A stretch of 64,000 bases of DNA from Candidatus Adlerbacteria bacterium (GTDB lineage: Bacteria > Patescibacteriota > Minisyncoccia > Phycocordibacterales > SBAW01). The stretch is taken from the NCBI GenBank assembly GCA_028286685.1, contig JAQBRA010000005.1, forward strand, positions 16,726 through 80,725, written 5' to 3'. The position numbers were made by a program, and so were the translations under genes. Below are positions 35,786 to 43,469 of the stretch, in pieces. The notes under the pieces are model-generated. The model searched no databases and was not told the origin of the DNA. It saw only the letters and a program-made list of their open reading frames with translations. The stretch's first letter is position 1. The number at the start of each line of letters is the position of its first letter.

Positions 35786-37865
35786 TCACACTTCTAATCC
35801 TTGATTTAGTTGGATCGTATGCAGCTTGCGCACTATTCCTCTCCCGGCGTCTACCTCAACCATATCGCCCATCTTTAGGACCTTGCTGCCGAATTGTGTC
35901 CCCACAATACTGGGGATGCCCAGCTCGCGGCTGACTATAGCAGTATGCGACAGCATGCCGCCCACGTCGGCGATAATAGCAGAGGCCTTGCGGATGGCAT
36001 CCATGTGCTCCGGCGCAGTGGTGGCCGCAACAAGCACTTGACCCTGCTTCATGTTGGCCATCTGCTCCCGCAGCTTTTCAAAATCGCCATAATCTAAGTC
36101 GAGCAAAAACACCTCACCCACAACGGGCCCGCCCGTTTTGTTGGCTGTAACGCCTTTGACGACATCCTGTCCATCAGCCGCAGAGGATATTTCGCCGAAT
36201 TGCGCGATGAACTCGAGAGCCCTTTTGCCTCGTAAAAACGTATATCCCTCATTCGAGGTAGTAAAGGCATACGCGAGCTTTCGCTGCCCCAACTCTTCTC
36301 CGCTGAGGGGTGCTCCATTAAATAGACTCAGCAGATCGTTAACCAAGTACCACTGAAGGTCGTCGCCCGGGATCTTAAACCGGGAGGCAAGCTCCCTTAC
36401 CGCTACCGAAAGCAGGCCAGCTTCGCCGAATACTTCGCTGTTGTATTCCTCCCGGAACAGGTTTTTCTTTTTCTCTACCTCCTGCAGATTAGCCTCTACG
36501 GAAGCGTTGGTTTTGGAAAACTCAAATGCACCATCGGTGTAGGCAAAGTCGAAATGTGCGTATGCTTTATGGAGGCCGATCAGCGTCTGGAACACCTCTT
36601 GTGCTTGGATTTCCGAAATGCCGGTTGCAAGACTTGCGGCAAGGGTAGAGCTTTTTTTGATCAACTTTTCGAAGCCGGACATGGCCTCCGTTATGGAGTC
36701 TTTATTGGAGAAGAACACCTTCCCCATCTCATGCATTTTTAAAACCTGCGAATTGGAGTAAAACTGACGCGCAGTATCCCCCTTATAGGTCGCAACAGAC
36801 CCGGGCGGCAAGTAGCCACGAGAGACAATTTCATAAAAAAGAGGCCTCAAGCCACGTCCTTCGTACGTCAAAACGTAATCCTTAGCTTTAGGGATTGAAG
36901 GGGGTGCGGATTCCGAAGTACCGGAAAGCGTCGTGATAGGGCGGCTTTGTACGACATAAAACGCCCCAGCTTCGTATGCCCACTCTATATCGCACGGGAA
37001 GCCGTAATGGTCCTCTATTTTTACGACAATGCTGGACAGTTCCAATATCTGATCTCCGATCAGCACCTGCGTCGACGCCTTGGGCTCGGCGATATCTTGC
37101 CACTCGTTGCCGCCGTTTACGGCGCGATACAAGCCGCGGGCCTGCACTGCCACATTTATATCCAGGATTTTGCGGGGAGCCTTCTCCACCACATAGCTGT
37201 CGGGGGTCACCTGGCCCGATACTATTGCCTCGCCCAGGCCCCACCCGGCCTCGATAATGAGCTGGTTTCTATCTTCGGTCACCGGGTGGACCGAGAACGC
37301 GATACCCGACATCTCACTTGCGACCATTTTCTGCACTACGACCGCGACCGATATTTTTGTCAGCTGTAGCTCCTTTTCGAACCGGTAAAAGATAGCCCTC
37401 GACGTAAAAAGAGATGCCCAGCAGCGCTGTACGTTTTTGAGCAATTCGGCCTCGGTCGTATTTAAATAGCTGTCGAGCTGCCCTGCCCATGCCGCAGAAG
37501 CCGAATCTTCAGCCGTGGCACTGCTACGCACCGCTACAAACTCCGCATCTAGGTCTTTAAAGCTTTTTTTTATCTCCCCTGCTATGTCGGCCGGCATCTG
37601 TGCCATCAATATCAACGCCTGTATCTTCTCGGAGGCATGCTCGACCGTATGCATCTCTTGAGTGTTCAACAGTACCTACGATTGCGTCGATTTCCTGCAG
37701 CAGGTCAGCCTCATGCAAAAACCGCTCAAACGTATCGGCCAAAACTACAAATCCTGGCGGCACCGGTATGCCCGCCTGGGTCATCTCACCCAGCGAGGCG
37801 CCCTTGCCGCCTGCAATGGCGGCATCGTACTTATTCAAGCTCCCGAATGTTCGAACAAGTTCCAT
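35786..37865 (-). pseudogene. PEP-utilising enzyme (PpsA N-terminal ATP-grasp + central domain + C-terminal phospho-His swivel; rifampin-phosphotransferase-like architecture), split by a frameshift near 37640-37655
   Basis: ORF 37557..37865 encodes ..GGKGASLGEMTQAGIPVPPGFVV.. (the PPDK_N start). ORF 35786..37669 continues with ..FVAVRSSATAEDSASAAWAGQ.. and ends GGMLSHTAIVSRELGIPSIVG. The two overlap in different frames; no C-terminal PEP-binding TIM barrel. Confidence 0.6.
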
Positions 37866-37965
37866 AGCGGTAGTATATAGCCAATTGCTTTAGCGTGGGT
37901 ACTTCATATTTTGCGGTCGATCTCGGCTCGTCGTCCCGCCAGTGCGGGACATGGCTGTGCCCGGC

Positions 37966-38012
37966 ACAAAAGCAGAAAACCTGCCGCAGGGCAGATATTT
38001 CTGTCTTTTATG
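37966..38012 (-). terminator. tRNA 3'-trailer long hairpin (family copy 1), terminator-like
   Basis: Minus strand: GCACAUAAAAGACAGAAAUAUCUGCC cugc GGCAGGUUUUCUGCUUUUGUGC. The stem starts inside the last nt of tRNA-Arg(TCT). Confidence 0.55.
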
Positions 38013-38084
38013 TGCCCCTGCGAGGAATCGAACCTCGAATAACGGCTTAGAAGTCCGCAGTTATATCCATTTAACTACAGGGGC
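38013..38084 (-). tRNA. tRNA-Arg (TCT); no encoded CCA
   Basis: GCCCCTG TA GTTA AATGGATA TAAC T GCGGA CTTCTAA GCCGT TATT CGAGG TTCGATT CCTCG CAGGGGC A; one A-G mismatch at the base of the anticodon stem. Confidence 0.7.
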
Positions 38085-38088
38085 ATGC

Positions 38089-38709
38089 CTACAGACCCAA
38101 AACGTTGAACCGCACCATACCATATATGATACCAAGCACCAGAACCGCCACCGCCACCCACAGGAAGTAGCGGTTGAGCACATCAAGTATGCGGGGCCCC
38201 ATGCGGTGCACCATGTACGCCACTAGGGTAAAGCGCAGTGCCCGCCCTGCCAAGAATCCAACGGCATACGGCAGGAGCGGCACGCCGAAGAATCCGGATA
38301 AAATAGTAAATACTTTGTCAGGCAACGGCGTAAAGGTAACAAAGAACATGACGACAAAGATGCTGCCCCCGAGCAGGAATTGCGCTTGCGCATGGAGATC
38401 GCCGAGCCCGAAGTATGCGAGAAGGCCCTCTCCAAAATAGTAAAAAGCGAGCATTCCAATACCGTAGCCAACCAAGCCGCCCAGGAATGAAAAAGCAGTA
38501 GTAAGCGCAGCATACGCCTTCCATCGCCGGTCGTTGCTGCCGGCCAGAAGCATGGCGACCATCAAGGTCTCAGGGACTATGGGAGAGATGATGGGCTCCA
38601 AGAACGAAAGTATTGCAAGCCACATCTTGGCGTGCTGGCTGTGCGCCCGCTGTGAAAACCACGCCCAAGAGCGCTCGCCGCGCTCGGTAATATGTTCAAG
38701 GAGGTGCAT
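38089..38709 (-). CDS. DedA/SNARE-associated family membrane protein
   Basis: 206 aa, ..LEPIISPIVPETLMVAMLLAG.. typical DedA topology. Confidence 0.6.
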   Translation of the reverse strand: MHLLEHITERGERSWAWFSQRAHSQHAKMWLAILSFLEPIISPIVPETLMVAMLLAGSNDRRWKAYAALTTAFSFLGGLVGYGIGMLAFYYFGEGLLAYFGLGDLHAQAQFLLGGSIFVVMFFVTFTPLPDKVFTILSGFFGVPLLPYAVGFLAGRALRFTLVAYMVHRMGPRILDVLNRYFLWVAVAVLVLGIIYGMVRFNVLGL

Positions 38710-38714
38710 TAGTT

Positions 38715-39044
38715 TTAGCGCGCCTTGGCGCCTGCGGGCGCGCTCGTTTCAAATAAATTAAAGGGAGTATCGGCATCTCCTCCGGTCGCCAGTATCATGG
38801 CTTGGCTCTCAAGCCCCATCATGCTGCGGGGCGCCAAGTTGGTCACGAAAGGATAGCGCTTCCCCACCAGGGCTTGTATATCTTCAAAATACGGCGCGAT
38901 GCCGGACAGGACTTGGCGCGGAGCCTCCTCGCCGAAATTAACTGAGAGCTTCAGGAGCTTCTCGCTCCCCTCGATGCGCTCAACGGAGAGTATCTCCCCC
39001 ACCGTTATCTCGACCTTCTTGAAGTCGTCTATTGAAATTTCCAT
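38715..39044 (-). CDS. tRNA-binding protein (CsaA/Myf/EMAP-II-like OB fold)
   Basis: 109 aa; ..FKKVEITVGEILSVERIEGSEKLLKLSVNFGEE..RQVLSGIAPYF... Confidence 0.75.
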   Translation of the reverse strand: MEISIDDFKKVEITVGEILSVERIEGSEKLLKLSVNFGEEAPRQVLSGIAPYFEDIQALVGKRYPFVTNLAPRSMMGLESQAMILATGGDADTPFNLFETSAPAGAKAR

Positions 39045-39064
39045 ATATGCATTGTAGCAAACTC

Positions 39065-39475
39065 CTACTTCTTTCGATCGAGATAGCTCTGGAGTATCAG
39101 CGCCGCGGCCGAGGCGTCCAAGTTGTCATGCTTGGGGTTGGCCTTGCGCGACTTGTCGCTGGGGGCGAACTGCCGCGCCGCCAGGGTCGAGGTAAAGAAC
39201 TCCCGCTCATACTCGCAGTGCAGGCCAGTGAGCTCCGCAAGGTCGTTTTTAAACTGCTCGATGTCCTCCATGATGTCGTTAGCTTCGCCCTTATGGTCGC
39301 GCGACTCGCCGATAACAAGGGCGCCTGCACCGTTATCTTTTGCCAGCTGCGCCACCGCCTCAAGCGCTTCCCTGCCTGCCCGCACCACGGTCAAGGGAAA
39401 CGCCAAAGAACCCGTATCGTCGGAGACGGCGATACCGATCTTTTTTGTTCCGTAATCTATGCCTAAATATTTCAT
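39065..39475 (-). CDS. ruvX: Holliday-junction resolvase-like RuvX/YqgF
   Basis: 136 aa, MKYLGIDYGTKKIGIAVSD..ALVIGES.. ; tRNA-Ser lies immediately upstream on the same strand. Confidence 0.85.
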   Translation of the reverse strand: MKYLGIDYGTKKIGIAVSDDTGSLAFPLTVVRAGREALEAVAQLAKDNGAGALVIGESRDHKGEANDIMEDIEQFKNDLAELTGLHCEYEREFFTSTLAARQFAPSDKSRKANPKHDNLDASAAALILQSYLDRKK

Positions 39476-39483
39476 ATCCTATG

Positions 39484-39568
39484 CGGAGGAGGTGAGATTC
39501 GAACTCACGGTGGGTTGCCCCACGCCGGTTTTCAAGACCGGTGCTTTAGACCACTCAGCCACTCCTCC
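39484..39568 (-). tRNA. tRNA-Ser (TGA), long variable arm; no encoded CCA
   Basis: GGAGGAG T GGCTGAGTGGTCTAAAGC A CCGGT CTTGAAA ACCGG CGTGGGGCAACCCACC GTGAG TTCGAAT CTCAC CTCCTCC G. Confidence 0.85.
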
Positions 39569-39624
39569 TTCATATATCAACTTACAACAAACCCCGCTAA
39601 ACATATAGTTGTATAATAACTGCA

Positions 39625-40095
39625 ATGAACGAGCACGAAGGACAGGCTATATCCTGGCAAGTCGAGACGCACGAGCACCGCGAGCGCTCGACCGACTGGT
39701 ACTGGGGCTTAGGCATCGGGGCCGTAGTGGCCGCGGGCATTTCCCTTTTCTTCGGCAATATCCTCTTTGCGCTAATTATCCTTATTGGCCTGGGCTCTAT
39801 TGCAACGCTAACCGCCCGCGGTCCGCGCGAGCACTGGATAAAGATTGAGAGCCGCGGCGTCTCCGTAGACGGCACCCTGTACCGCTACGCTTCCATACAG
39901 TCGTTTTGGGTGCAGGCGGGCGAAAACCCCCGCCTCCTGCTCACCACTACCGGCATATTTTCCCCCCAAATGGTCATACCTTTGGGCAACATGACCCGGG
40001 CGCAGAACATCCGAACTTACCTTAAGCGCTTCACAACAGAGGAAGAACAGGAGGCCCATCTGGGAGAGCACCTCGCAGAACTCTTCGGTTTGTGA
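39625..40095 (+). CDS. Hypothetical membrane protein (2 TM helices)
   Basis: 156-aa ORF; hydrophobic core LGIGAVVAAGISLFFGNILFALIILIGLGSIATL. Confidence 0.4.
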   Translation: MNEHEGQAISWQVETHEHRERSTDWYWGLGIGAVVAAGISLFFGNILFALIILIGLGSIATLTARGPREHWIKIESRGVSVDGTLYRYASIQSFWVQAGENPRLLLTTTGIFSPQMVIPLGNMTRAQNIRTYLKRFTTEEEQEAHLGEHLAELFGL

Positions 40096-40109
40096 TAGAA
40101 ATGAGCAAC

Positions 40110-40181
40110 GCTCCTGTCGTTCAATGGATAGGATGTAACCTTGCGGAGGTTAAGATGTAGGTTCGATTCCTACCAGGAGCA
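40110..40181 (+). tRNA. tRNA-Arg (GCG anticodon); no encoded CCA
   Basis: GCTCCTG TC GTTC AATGGATA GGAT G TAACC TTGCGGA GGTTA AGAT GTAGG TTCGATT CCTAC CAGGAGC A; perfect TAACC/GGTTA anticodon stem with loop TTGCGGA. Confidence 0.7.
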
Positions 40182-40228
40182 CAAAAGACAGAAATATCTC
40201 CCCTGCGGGAGATTTTCTGCTTTTGTGC
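40182..40228 (+). terminator. tRNA 3'-trailer long hairpin (family copy 2), terminator-like
   Basis: CAAAAGACAGAAATATCTCCC ctgc GGGAGATTTTCTGCTTTTGTGC, immediately after tRNA-Arg(GCG). Confidence 0.55.
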
Positions 40229-40385
40229 TAGCCGGAGCGTTGCGCTGCACTTGCAGCGCCGTGAGGCAGGGCCGTGCGGCAATTTGTACGACGGTACAAA
40301 TTGAACGCCTGACCACATGTGCTTTCCGGGGTCACAACGTGCTGGTCGCAACGGCTCCAAGTCCGTATAGTGTGTAAGCAGCAGC

Positions 40386-40457
40386 GCTTCCGTCGTTCAA
40401 TGGATAGGATGCCTCCCTCCGAAGGAGGCGATGTAGGTTCGATTCCTACCGGAAGCA
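40386..40457 (+). tRNA. tRNA-Arg (CCG); no encoded CCA
   Basis: GCTTCCG TC GTTC AATGGATA GGAT G CCTCC CTCCGAA GGAGG CGAT GTAGG TTCGATT CCTAC CGGAAGC A; D and T arms identical to the tRNA-Arg at 40110. Confidence 0.8.
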
Positions 40458-40460
40458 CAA

Positions 40461-40502
40461 GGCCTAACAAAAACTCCCCGTGCGGGGAGTTTTTGTTAGG
40501 CC
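40461..40502. terminator. Bidirectional terminator, perfect 42-nt palindrome (tRNA-Arg CCG / rpsT)
   Basis: ggcctaacaaaaactccccgtgcggggagtttttgttaggcc. Confidence 0.7.
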
Positions 40503-40741
40503 TTCTTGAGGAGCTTGGAGGCGAGGGCTTTGCGGCGGGCTGCCGTATTCTTCTTGATAATCCCGCGCTTGAGCGCCTTGTCTATCGCCTGGTAGGCGGC
40601 AGAGAGGGTCTTTGCATCGCCCTTTTCGCCTGTGCGGGCGGTCTTCATAGCGTTGCGTAGGCCGTCGCGACGCTTAGCATTCTGCGCCTTCTTGCGCAGG
40701 GACTGGCGGTGGGCCTTTTTTGCCGATTTGGTAATTGCCAT
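40496..40741 (-). CDS. rpsT: 30S ribosomal protein S20
   Basis: 81 aa, MAITKSAKKAHRQSLRKKAQNAKRR.. ; basic, helical. Confidence 0.85.
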   Translation of the reverse strand: MAITKSAKKAHRQSLRKKAQNAKRRDGLRNAMKTARTGEKGDAKTLSAAYQAIDKALKRGIIKKNTAARRKALASKLLKKA

Positions 40742-40810
40742 ATGTAGAGACGATACTACTACATTACGGTCAAGCGGGCAACTCTGAGAGCCCTAGGATA
40801 TACTTACCCC

Positions 40811-41404
40811 ATGATAGGTAAGCTCACGGGCACTTGGGGCGGCTCTGAAGACGGCATGGGCCTGGTGGAGGTCGGGGGCGTCGGATACTGCGTGCGGGTC
40901 CCCTTCTATACCCTCACCACTCCCTTGGGGAGCCTGGTCTCTCTCTTTATCCATACCTCGGTGCGCGAGGATGCCCTCGACTTATTCGGGTTCGCCACGC
41001 AAGAAGAGCTCTCGTTTTTCCGCCAGCTCACTTCGGTCTCGGGCGTAGGACCCAAGACCGCGCTCGGCGTCCTTAACGTTTCCGACATCAAGAGCCTCAA
41101 GCGCTCTATTGCCGCCGGCGATGCCGGAGCGCTCACCAAAGTATTCGGTATCGGCAAAAAGAGCGCCGAGCGCATCGTAGTGGAGCTGCGCGACAAGCTC
41201 TCCCTTGAACAATCCACCAAGCCGCAGGAGGCCAGCGCGCTCTCGGGTTACGACGGCGAAGTTATCGAGGCGCTTATGGCCTTGGGTTACCGCGCCGACG
41301 AGAGCCGCGCCGCTCTGCGCGCCATAGGAACAGAAGGCCAGGACAATATCAAAGAGCGCCTAGGCGCCGCGCTCAAGCGCATGGGTGCCCGCAATGCGGC
41401 ATAG
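40811..41404 (+). CDS. ruvA: Holliday junction branch-migration protein RuvA
   Basis: 197 aa; MIGKLTG.. GYCVRVP.. two HhH motifs (SVSGVGPKTALGVL, VFGIGKKSAERIV). Confidence 0.85.
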   Translation: MIGKLTGTWGGSEDGMGLVEVGGVGYCVRVPFYTLTTPLGSLVSLFIHTSVREDALDLFGFATQEELSFFRQLTSVSGVGPKTALGVLNVSDIKSLKRSIAAGDAGALTKVFGIGKKSAERIVVELRDKLSLEQSTKPQEASALSGYDGEVIEALMALGYRADESRAALRAIGTEGQDNIKERLGAALKRMGARNAA

Positions 41405-41464
41405 AAATTTATGAAAATTTATATGCTTGTCGCTCGCTAAATCATAACCATCATCTAACAGGCC

Positions 41465-42712
41465 ATGAAAAATTTTATACTCAAGCTGACTCCCCCTTTT
41501 GTTTTGGATGCCTACCACTTGGCATGGGCGCACGGGAGCGCATATTGGTACGGGCACCCAAGCAGAAAAATGGTCGTCATCGGCATCACCGGCACCAAGG
41601 GCAAGTCGACGACTGCCGAGCTGGTGCGCCACATGCTCGCCCAAACCGGACACACCGTAGCACTCGCTTCGACTATCCGCTTTATGGTCGGCGACGCGCA
41701 GGAGCGCAACCTGTTTAAGATGACCATGCCGGGACGCGGCTATATACAAAAATTCCTCCGCCAGGCGCTTGATGCTGGCTGCACGCATGCCGTTGTAGAA
41801 CTCACCTCCGAGGGCGCTCTCCAGCACCGGCACGCGGGCCTTGAGCTTAACGCGCTCGTCTTTACCAACCTCGCCCCCGAGCATATCGAGCGGCACGGAA
41901 GCTACGAAGCCTACGCTGCCGCCAAGCTTTCTTTAGCGGAACATCTCTCACGCTCATCCAAGCGTCCGCGCATCATCGTAGCCAATGCCGACGACGAGTA
42001 CGGCAAGGATTTTTTGGCCGTCGAGGCGGAGAAGCGCGCGCCTTTCTCGCTTGCGGATGCCGAGCCCTATACTGCCGACGACCGGAGCGTGCGGTTTTTG
42101 TGGCGAGGCACCTTGTTCAGCATTCCCCTGCCCGGGCTCTTTAACCTTAAGAACTGCCTGGCGACATTGACGCTCGGAGAAGCGCTCGGGCTCTCGACCG
42201 AAAAGATGAAGCAGGCTCTCGAGCGTGTCTCCCCGGTAGCGGGCCGTGCTCAGCGCATAGAGCAGGGCCAGCCGTTCTCGGTCGTGGTGGACTACGCGCA
42301 CACGCCCGACTCCTTGCGGGCCCTGTACGAAACGTACCGCAACAAGCGAATGATCTGCGTCCTGGGCTCTACCGGCGGCGGACGCGACACCTGGAAGCGC
42401 CCGGAGATGGGCCGCATTGCCGACGAGCTGTGCGATATCGCGATACTCACCGACGAGGATCCGTACGACGAGGATCCGCTCAAGATCATTGAAGAACTCT
42501 CGGCAGGATTCTCGGCACGCGCGCCGCGCGTCATCCTGGATCGTCGCGCCGCTATTGCCGCCGCATTTGCCGAGGCAAAGGACCAGGATGATGTGGTACT
42601 TATCACCGGCAAAGGCACTGACCCTTACATCATGGGCCCCAAGGGCACCAAGGTAGCCTGGAGCGATGCGCAAGTGGCTCAGGAGGAGCTCATTAAGCTC
42701 GGGTATAATTAG
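41465..42712 (+). CDS. Mur ligase family protein (MurE-like middle + C-terminal domains; lacks the canonical N-terminal UDP-binding domain)
   Basis: 415 aa; P-loop GITGTKGKSTT only ~38 residues from the N-terminus; VVDYAHTPDSL signature resembles MurE. Confidence 0.55.
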   Translation: MKNFILKLTPPFVLDAYHLAWAHGSAYWYGHPSRKMVVIGITGTKGKSTTAELVRHMLAQTGHTVALASTIRFMVGDAQERNLFKMTMPGRGYIQKFLRQALDAGCTHAVVELTSEGALQHRHAGLELNALVFTNLAPEHIERHGSYEAYAAAKLSLAEHLSRSSKRPRIIVANADDEYGKDFLAVEAEKRAPFSLADAEPYTADDRSVRFLWRGTLFSIPLPGLFNLKNCLATLTLGEALGLSTEKMKQALERVSPVAGRAQRIEQGQPFSVVVDYAHTPDSLRALYETYRNKRMICVLGSTGGGRDTWKRPEMGRIADELCDIAILTDEDPYDEDPLKIIEELSAGFSARAPRVILDRRAAIAAAFAEAKDQDDVVLITGKGTDPYIMGPKGTKVAWSDAQVAQEELIKLGYN

Positions 42713-42796
42713 GAGAGCCGCGTAGGTCGCATTTAAAAGGATAATGCGACATGGTTCCTCGGAACCAACGCCGCGGCATAATTTCGACTAAATCAT

Positions 42797-43018
42797 ATGG
42801 CAGACGAAAAAAAAGAAGGGAGCGGAGAGACCGCAGGGCAGGCCGCACTCTCCGTATTGGGCGTTTTAGCAATTTTAGTAATCTTATGGTTTGCCAACGG
42901 CGGGCCTCAAAAAGCAGATCTTCGGGGAGTGTTCCTGGCTCCTCCGGCACCGGTAGGCCCGGGCAATGCGTATGGCCCTGAAGTAGGCACACCGGCCCCG
43001 TACGCGCCCCAGCAATAA
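42797..43018 (+). CDS. Small membrane protein, hypothetical
   Basis: 73 aa; TM helix ALSVLGVLAILVILWF, Pro-rich tail. Confidence 0.3.
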   Translation: MADEKKEGSGETAGQAALSVLGVLAILVILWFANGGPQKADLRGVFLAPPAPVGPGNAYGPEVGTPAPYAPQQ

Positions 43019-43019
43019 T

Positions 43020-43415
43020 ATGCTCAATCTTTTCCCCGAACTCTTATATCCGTTCTTTGCGCCGACCCTGCTGCGCATGGGCGCTGCGGCAGCCTTTATA
43101 GCCATCGCTATCTGGCAGTGGAAGCATCAGGATGCCATCTCGCAGATAGAGCTCCCCTTCATCGGCCGCCAAAGCTGGTGGGTGTGGTTTTCACTCGTAG
43201 TGCATCTTTTGGTGGCTGCCGCGCTCTTGGTAGGCTACGCGACGCAAGTCGCTGCGGGAGTTGGCGCCCTTTTGGCGCTCAAGCAGGCATTTTGGTCAAA
43301 GCAGTATCCGCTCCTGTTCCCTCTTGGTCGTGCAGCGGGGCTTCTCTTGATCCTTATCTGCATCTCTCTGATAGTTTCGGGCGCTGGCGCCATGGCACAA
43401 GACTTGCCGCTCTAG
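43020..43415 (+). CDS. Membrane protein (4 TM helices; DoxX-like size/topology), hypothetical
   Basis: 131-aa ORF starting 2 nt after the previous ORF. Confidence 0.4.
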   Translation: MLNLFPELLYPFFAPTLLRMGAAAAFIAIAIWQWKHQDAISQIELPFIGRQSWWVWFSLVVHLLVAAALLVGYATQVAAGVGALLALKQAFWSKQYPLLFPLGRAAGLLLILICISLIVSGAGAMAQDLPL

Positions 43416-43421
43416 CAGCTA

Positions 43422-43459
43422 TACAAAAACTCCCCGCCGTGTGGCGGGGAGTTTTTGTA
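43422..43459. terminator. Bidirectional rho-independent terminator
   Basis: tacaaaaactccccgccgtgtggcggggagtttttgta. Confidence 0.65.
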
Positions 43460-43469
43460 TTAGGAATGA

